Source: Gammaproteobacteria bacterium (GTDB lineage Bacteria; Pseudomonadota; Gammaproteobacteria; UBA1113). From it: a DNA stretch of 63,704 bases. The stretch covers positions 67,817 to 131,520 of the forward strand of contig JAJNBM010000003.1 of assembly GCA_021156165.1 (NCBI GenBank), read 5' to 3'. A model generated the notes under the pieces. The model had not been told where the DNA came from and did not search any database. It worked only from the letters and a program-made list of their open reading frames with translations. Positions 57,920 through 63,704 of this stretch are shown one piece after another. Both the position numbers and the translations under genes were made by a program. Each line of letters starts with the position of its first letter. The first letter of the stretch is position 1.

Positions 57920-58024
57920 TTTGTCTTCACACCTTCAAAATACTACAGGTACGATTTACCGAAATTTGCATGTTTCGGCAGGACTTTATATCATACTGTA
58001 TAATTAAACTCAACTGAGCAAATA

Positions 58025-58795
58025 GTGAACACATTAATTAAAACACCCGAAGCCATTGAAAAACTGCGTGTTTCGGCACGGCTGGCCGCCGAAGCATTGG
58101 AAATGATAACTCCTTATGTTAAACCAGGGGTCACTACGGACCAGCTCAACCAAATTTGCCACGATTATATCATCAATGAACAACAGGCTTTCCCCTCCTC
58201 ATTAGGTTATAACGGCTTTCCCAAGTCCATGTGTACATCCATTAACCACGTTGTATGTCATGGCATCCCTAGCGATCGCGTCCTAAAAAGCGGTGATATT
58301 TTAAATATCGACATTACCGTATTAAAAGACGGCTATCATGGCGATACCAGTAAAATGTTTTTAATCGGTAAAACCAGTGTCTTGGCAGAGCGCTTGGTTC
58401 GTGTTACGCAAGAATGTCTCTATCGCGGCATTGCCGTTGTTAAACCGGGAGCCACTATAGGCGACATAGGCGCCGCTATTCAAGAACACGCCCATGCCCA
58501 TCGTTTCTCGGTGGTACGCGAATATTGCGGTCATGGCATAGGGCAAAATCTACATGAAGATCCGCAAATTTTACATTATGGTATTGCGGGTCAGGGGATG
58601 GTATTACAAGAAGGAATGACTTTTACCATAGAACCCATGATCAATGCAGGCAAAGCCGCGGTTAAATTATTAAGCGATGATTGGACCGTCGTCACTAAAG
58701 ATCACAGTTTATCCGCGCAATGGGAACATATCGTTTTGGTGACCCAAGATGGCCATGAAGTATTGACCCGCCGCAGCGAAGAACCTTTGCTGTAA
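58025..58795 (+). CDS. map: Type I methionine aminopeptidase
   Basis: GTG start; VCHGIP, DITVLKDGYHGD, GHGIG, FTIEPM, EH metal-ligand pattern. Confidence 0.94.
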   Translation: MNTLIKTPEAIEKLRVSARLAAEALEMITPYVKPGVTTDQLNQICHDYIINEQQAFPSSLGYNGFPKSMCTSINHVVCHGIPSDRVLKSGDILNIDITVLKDGYHGDTSKMFLIGKTSVLAERLVRVTQECLYRGIAVVKPGATIGDIGAAIQEHAHAHRFSVVREYCGHGIGQNLHEDPQILHYGIAGQGMVLQEGMTFTIEPMINAGKAAVKLLSDDWTVVTKDHSLSAQWEHIVLVTQDGHEVLTRRSEEPLL

Positions 58796-58797
58796 TT

Positions 58798-59784
58798 ATG
58801 CAAACTATCAGCGACAATTTGATTAAACTCACTGAGCTGCTCAACGATGGGGAGTATCACGATGGCACCTCCATCGGTGATGCATTACAGATGACGCGCG
58901 CAGGCGTATGGAAACTTATTAAAAAGCTAGAGCAATATGATATCCCCTTAACTTCCGTCAAAGGCAAAGGCTACCGCTTAGACTTACCTCTTATTTTACT
59001 TGACCCCCAAAAAATACTACGCTTATTGGCTAAAAAAGCTGTAAGTGTCGAGGTTTTAGAAAAAGTAGATTCAACCAATCAATATCTTAAATGCTATTTG
59101 CAAGGCAATAAGGACATTAGAGTCTGTATCGCCGAAACGCAAAGCCAAGGGCGAGGGCGCTTAAATAGGCAATGGCATTCCCCTTTTGGCCAAAATGTTT
59201 ATCTATCACTACTCTATCCTTTTCAAAAAGACATCAGTGAATTATCGGGTTTAAGTTTGGTGGTCAGTCTAGCGCTCTGCCACACCATTGAGATCGTTAT
59301 TGGGCAAAAGGAAAAAATGGGGATCAAGTGGCCCAACGATATGGTTGTTTCGGGACAAAAGATAGCGGGCATATTGATAGAAATTCAAGCCGAATCTCAT
59401 GGTTTTTGTCAAACTATTATCGGCATAGGTGTGAATGTGAATACGCAACAAGCCAGTGATAAAGAAATAACGCAGGCCTGGTCATCCCTACAGAAATTAA
59501 GCGGCTATTACATCGATCGCAATGCAATCTGCGCAGAGTTGATTCTGCAACTTTTATTATATTTAGAACGATTTTCTAGCCGCGGTTTAGCCACCTTCCT
59601 AGAAGAATGGCAACAACGCGATGTTTTATACCAACAACCTGTAACCGTGATTTCGGGAAATCAAGAGTACAGCGGCATTGGCCATGGCATAGACGCACAA
59701 GGCCATCTACTGTTAAAAATGGCAGACGGCAGCGTGCAAAGCTTTTCGTCCGGAGACACGACATTAAAGAAGTTATATAGATAG
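58798..59784 (+). CDS. birA: Bifunctional biotin--[acetyl-CoA-carboxylase] ligase / bio operon repressor
   Basis: N-terminal winged-HTH (GTSIGDALQMTRAGVWKLIKKL), ligase motif QSQGRGRLNRQWHS, GIKWPND. Confidence 0.9.
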   Translation: MQTISDNLIKLTELLNDGEYHDGTSIGDALQMTRAGVWKLIKKLEQYDIPLTSVKGKGYRLDLPLILLDPQKILRLLAKKAVSVEVLEKVDSTNQYLKCYLQGNKDIRVCIAETQSQGRGRLNRQWHSPFGQNVYLSLLYPFQKDISELSGLSLVVSLALCHTIEIVIGQKEKMGIKWPNDMVVSGQKIAGILIEIQAESHGFCQTIIGIGVNVNTQQASDKEITQAWSSLQKLSGYYIDRNAICAELILQLLLYLERFSSRGLATFLEEWQQRDVLYQQPVTVISGNQEYSGIGHGIDAQGHLLLKMADGSVQSFSSGDTTLKKLYR

Positions 59785-59805
59785 AATACTACATAGATAG
59801 AATGT

Positions 59806-60438
59806 CTAACTTCTAAACGGCACTACGCCTAAACAAGGTGCATGAATCCATTGCTTTAAGGTTTCGATATTTCCGCTACTAGCCAGTGTGTCTTGTTCTA
59901 TACAATTGGCCACCCAACCCAATAACGGCACTTTCATCTGTACTATATTATGATACGTTAAAATCGCGTGATTCAAACAGCCTAACTTAATTGCCACTAC
60001 TAGAATAGTAGGTATATTCAACTGCAAAATCGCTTCAGAAAAAAGCTCTGTTTCATTTAAAGGTACGCTCCAACCACCTACGCCTTCTATAATATTGATA
60101 TCGGCTTCAGCTTGCACATGAGCAGTAATCGTTTCTGTTAATAAAGCAACCGATAATTTTTTCCCCATTAATTTTGCTGCCAGATGCGGCGCAATAGGCT
60201 CTTTTAAAGCAATAGGATTAATCGCGGGATAAGGTTTAAATATGGAAGCAGCCGCTTGCAAAGCCAATGCGTCTTCATTGACGAAATGATTATTTTCATC
60301 CATTGTGCAACCAGAGGCTATAGGTTTCATAGCAAATGTTTTATAACCTAGTTGTTTTAGTTTCTTCAATAATAAGCAACTTATCGTTGTTTTTCCTACA
60401 GCAGTATCCGTGCCCGTTATAAAGATGCTTTTTGGCAT
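59806..60438 (-). CDS. bioD: Dethiobiotin synthase
   Basis: MPKSIFITGTDTAVGKT P-loop. The track start 60480 overlaps bioC further; ATG at 60438 is preferred. Confidence 0.9.
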   Translation of the reverse strand: MPKSIFITGTDTAVGKTTISCLLLKKLKQLGYKTFAMKPIASGCTMDENNHFVNEDALALQAAASIFKPYPAINPIALKEPIAPHLAAKLMGKKLSVALLTETITAHVQAEADINIIEGVGGWSVPLNETELFSEAILQLNIPTILVVAIKLGCLNHAILTYHNIVQMKVPLLGWVANCIEQDTLASSGNIETLKQWIHAPCLGVVPFRS

Positions 60439-61175
60439 AAATAAATTCCTATACAATAAGTTAGCTGCGGCAGAATACACTCTTCTACAAATACTTCCCG
60501 TACATTTATTTTTTTCAAGCCCCTATTATCATGACGCAACCCGGGCGAGAAATTAGCACCTAATGCTTGCAAAGATTTTAAGGCCTGATAATGGGATTGA
60601 AATGATTGAATATGTTTGTAGCTATAATGATCAACTATTTTAAAGCCACTCTTATTTAAAACGCGAATGATATCTGCAGGCGAAAATAATACAGATTTAA
60701 ATTGCGCTCTTATTTCAGGAAAGTTTCCTGAAACCGGAACAGAAAAAACAAAATATCCACTTTTTGTTAAATAACGATTCAATAATATGAGTGTCTTCTC
60801 TAAAGCCAAAGACCATTGCAGTCCCATATTGCAGAAAACAAGATCTAAAAAATCATCAGGAAAAAGTTTCTCATCAAAATCAGACAAGATACAGTTCACA
60901 GGAAAGAGTAATTTATTTTGGGCAATACTTAATAGCTTATCTGAAAAATCGACAGCATAGCATTTTTCGTGACGTATCTGCTTTATGAGTTTTAAGGTGC
61001 TCTCACCTGTGCCACAAGCAAAATCCGCTATCACTTCAAAATAAGATGAATGCGGCATTAACAATTCAAGCGCACGCTGACTGGCATTATTTTGCACGGT
61101 GCAATATGCGTCATAGGTTTTATATGCCTTATTGAAATGATGTTTTATTTTGCTTTTGGTGATATTATCAGGCAT
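60417..61175 (-). CDS. bioC: Malonyl-ACP O-methyltransferase
   Basis: SAM-binding motif ADFACGTGE; located between bioH and bioD. Confidence 0.8.
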   Translation of the reverse strand: MPDNITKSKIKHHFNKAYKTYDAYCTVQNNASQRALELLMPHSSYFEVIADFACGTGESTLKLIKQIRHEKCYAVDFSDKLLSIAQNKLLFPVNCILSDFDEKLFPDDFLDLVFCNMGLQWSLALEKTLILLNRYLTKSGYFVFSVPVSGNFPEIRAQFKSVLFSPADIIRVLNKSGFKIVDHYSYKHIQSFQSHYQALKSLQALGANFSPGLRHDNRGLKKINVREVFVEECILPQLTYCIGIYLCQKASL

Positions 61176-61860
61176 CTATAAATTCATCCATAACAGAACG
61201 ATACAACTTCGCATGGGTTAAAAAACCACCATGACCTGCCTCAGCTATATGCACAACTGTAATATTGCTATTCGTTTTTCGTAAACATTGCTCATTTTGC
61301 TTTAAAACGGCATCTTTGCCCCCAATAATATGGAGTATTTCTTTCCTTAAATGGCTATACTCATCTCGCAAATCCGCAGAAAAAAACTTCGATAAGTCTT
61401 TTAATTGCCCTGAAAAATTATCTAAAAAATAAGTATTTAAGCTATTTCTATATAGAAAATTTTTATTTGGAAAGTTAACCTCGGAAATGAATTTTTTCTT
61501 AAGCTGAGAAAAGTCTTGACAAGCGCTTTTTATAAATACTTGTATTGTCTTGGGATCAATACCACTATGCCCTATCTCGGCTAGCAATTTAGGCTGGCTC
61601 GCCAGCAATATGAGTTTTTTCACCTTATCGGGAAACAAACTCGCTATTTTAATTGCAAATAAGCCTCCTAAAGACCAAGCGACTATAGTGCCAGGCTTCG
61701 TGATAGCGTTTGATAATTGCAGAGCAATGTCTTCTATAGACATATCGCTATAATTAAAATAATTCATTCCAAAACAGGTATTATCTGCCAACGCTCCATG
61801 GTTGAAAATGTCGGCAGAAAATCCCCAACCTGGAATGGTATAAATAAGTTCATCTTTCAT
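61168..61860 (-). CDS. bioH: Pimeloyl-ACP methyl ester carboxylesterase (alpha/beta hydrolase)
   Basis: Nucleophile elbow VAWSLGG and a late His (EAGHGGF); located in the bio operon. Confidence 0.75.
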   Translation of the reverse strand: MKDELIYTIPGWGFSADIFNHGALADNTCFGMNYFNYSDMSIEDIALQLSNAITKPGTIVAWSLGGLFAIKIASLFPDKVKKLILLASQPKLLAEIGHSGIDPKTIQVFIKSACQDFSQLKKKFISEVNFPNKNFLYRNSLNTYFLDNFSGQLKDLSKFFSADLRDEYSHLRKEILHIIGGKDAVLKQNEQCLRKTNSNITVVHIAEAGHGGFLTHAKLYRSVMDEFIDA

Positions 61861-63005
61861 AAGTAATATTCAACAATTTTATCTAAAAGGAAAATCATCT
61901 CTGCTTTAGTATGTAAACCATTCAATGAAATTCTTAAACGAGCGCTATTCTTTGGCACGGTGGGTGTGCGAATAGCAGCGACATAAACACCCTGTTTCAA
62001 CAACTGTTCTTGTAGCCATACCGTTTTTTGGTTATCCCCTATTATGATTGCTCTAATAGGCGTTTTATCGATCGAAACCAGAGGCAATTTTCTCGCCCGT
62101 GCCTCGGCATTAAAAAAAGCAATATTTTCATTCAATGCCTGTAGGCGCCACGTTTCTTCTTGAATAATTTTTAACGCCGCCCTAAGCGCACCGCATAGGG
62201 CCGGCGGCAAAGCAGTGCTGTAGGTATAGCTCCTGGAAAATTGTAAAATCGATTCTATTATCTCGCCATTCCCTGCAACCATAGCTCCCATGGCATTGAA
62301 AGCTTTTCCCAATGACATCACTACGCACAATAGCTTAGACTGATATTGACTCGTGCCGCGCCCATCACAACCTAATAGACCTATACCATGGGCATCGTCG
62401 ATCACCAATCCGGCTTGGTATTTTTCCGCAACCGCAACAAGATCAGCTATAGGTGCAATATCGCCTTGCATGCTAAAAACACTTTCACTGACAATCATAT
62501 CGGGATTGGCTTTAGCAGCTATTTTTTGCAAATGTGTTACATCATTGTGCTGGTAACGATAATGCTTGGCTCTGGATAATTGTATTCCATCCAATAAGGA
62601 AGCATGGCATAGTTTATCAGAAATAACCGTATCATCCCGGCTTAATAAAGCCGTCATGACCCCCAGATTGGCACTATACCCTGAATTAAATAAAATCGCT
62701 TTATCAAAACCAAGCCATTTGGCAAATTCTCGTTCAATGCTATCGTGTTCATTAAAATATCCTGCCACCATTGCAGATGCGCCACTGCCTATACCATATT
62801 GCTTTATTCCATTGATCATTGCGTTATTAATAACTGGATGCTGAATTAGTCCTAAGTAATCATAGCTGGCAAAGTTAAGGTAATCTTTATCAGCAATAGG
62901 AAGCCTATTATCGCCATAGCGACGGTTACCCATAACATGGCGTTGACGCATCAAATTATTTTTCTGCCAATTGGCCATTCTTTTTTCTAAATTATACTTA
63001 AGCAT
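61857..63005 (-). CDS. bioF: 8-amino-7-oxononanoate synthase
   Basis: PLP-dependent acyl-CoA transferase pattern (DDAHGIG, SLGKAF lysine). Confidence 0.9.
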   Translation of the reverse strand: MLKYNLEKRMANWQKNNLMRQRHVMGNRRYGDNRLPIADKDYLNFASYDYLGLIQHPVINNAMINGIKQYGIGSGASAMVAGYFNEHDSIEREFAKWLGFDKAILFNSGYSANLGVMTALLSRDDTVISDKLCHASLLDGIQLSRAKHYRYQHNDVTHLQKIAAKANPDMIVSESVFSMQGDIAPIADLVAVAEKYQAGLVIDDAHGIGLLGCDGRGTSQYQSKLLCVVMSLGKAFNAMGAMVAGNGEIIESILQFSRSYTYSTALPPALCGALRAALKIIQEETWRLQALNENIAFFNAEARARKLPLVSIDKTPIRAIIIGDNQKTVWLQEQLLKQGVYVAAIRTPTVPKNSARLRISLNGLHTKAEMIFLLDKIVEYYL

Positions 63006-63704
63006 AAGTTTCTTCCGGAAGCTGCATATTGAGTTTTCGCAATAAAACCCTATCTCGATCTAATTCAGGATTTTTTGCCGTTAACAATTTATCCCCTATG
63101 AATATGGAATTAGCACCTGCCATAAAACACCAGGCTTGGGTTTCATTCGTCATATCTTCTCTGCCCGCCGATAAACGGATCCTCGCTTCAGGAAATAAAA
63201 TACGCGTCACAGCAATGGTTCTAATTAACTCAAAAGGATCTAAGGGCGGGGCCTTTTCTAAGGGTGTACCTGGAATGGGGATTAACTGGTTAATGGGAAT
63301 ACTTTTAGGCGCTATAGATAATTCATATAAAGTCAGTAACATTTTAATTCTATCTGCTCTCGTTTCCCCCATCCCCAAAATTCCGCCACAACAAACGTTT
63401 ATTCCTGCGGCCATCACCTGCTTTAAGGTGTTTAATCTGTCTTCATAAGTATGCGTTTGAATAATGGTATTATAGAACTCTGCCGAACTGTCTAAATTAT
63501 GATTATAAAAATCTAAACCTGACTTCTTTAATGCCACAGCATCTTCTGCCTCTAACATCCCGAGCGTAACGCAGGTTTCTAAACCTAAATCTTTTACGGC
63601 GCGGATCATCGCCACCACCTTGGGCAAATCTTTTTGTGAAGGTTTGCGCCAAGCCGCACCCATACAAAATCGTTTGGCACCATTTCGTTTCGCATTGCTT
63701 GCGG
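62998..63704 (-). CDS. bioB: Biotin synthase (5' end beyond the window)
   Basis: [38 protein letters not shown]. The frame stays open upstream of the track Met to the window edge (..[18 protein letters not shown]). Confidence 0.92.
   Translation of the reverse strand, partial: ASNAKRNGAKRFCMGAAWRKPSQKDLPKVVAMIRAVKDLGLETCVTLGMLEAEDAVALKKSGLDFYNHNLDSSAEFYNTIIQTHTYEDRLNTLKQVMAAGINVCCGGILGMGETRADRIKMLLTLYELSIAPKSIPINQLIPIPGTPLEKAPPLDPFELIRTIAVTRILFPEARIRLSAGREDMTNETQAWCFMAGANSIFIGDKLLTAKNPELDRDRVLLRKLNMQLPEETYA

Noticed and set aside
59777-59803. Direct 11-bp repeat ATAGATAGAAT x2 between birA and bioD
   Set aside because: It is very short, AT-rich and overlaps the birA stop codon. It is most simply a chance or slippage duplication in a convergent spacer, not a BirA operator, which would be expected upstream of bioB outside the window.

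Overview
This is a 63.7-kb chromosomal segment from a moderately AT-rich gammaproteobacterium. Several features point to Legionellales: a Mip-type FKBP isomerase, an ankyrin/F-box protein with a Glu-rich C-terminus, an extra csrA-like gene, and no dxr in the frr-uppS gap. No database search was possible, so all calls rest on motifs I read in the translations, and repeat coordinates are accurate to a few nt.

Backbone genes:
- ampG-pncC-ugpQ-glpD-ttcA.
- mip.
- A leucine-catabolism (liu) cluster: ivd, thiolase, mccB, liuC, a disrupted mccA and hmgL.
- A yadGH-like ABC pair, corC and ffh.
- Four tRNAs (Leu, His, Arg, Pro).
- folD, ppa, a HIT gene, folE and mutS.
- The conserved block lpxB-lpxA-fabZ-lpxD-skp-bamA-rseP-cdsA-uppS-frr-pyrH-tsf-rpsB.
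- map, birA and bioBFHCD (bioB is cut by the window end).

Accessory, visibly AT-richer inserts:
- (i) A 2438-aa bimodular NRPS with an N-terminal formyltransferase domain. It is translationally coupled to a PAS-PAS hybrid histidine kinase that is missing from the ORF track because it runs off the left edge.
- (ii) A folE-mutS island. It holds a heme-oxygenase-like di-iron enzyme, a tightly coupled three-gene operon (two large proteins with no motif I recognise plus a POT peptide transporter), a csrA paralogue with a small acidic upstream ORF, and a 138-aa orphan.
- (iii) An ankyrin/F-box effector-like gene.

At least four families of small palindromic or TIR-bearing repeats riddle the window. 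They fill nearly every spacer of the essential lpx-rpsB block and every spacer of a tRNA operon. One copy sits in frame inside mccA.

The best candidates for something undescribed are the NRPS-kinase pair and the orphan three-gene operon.
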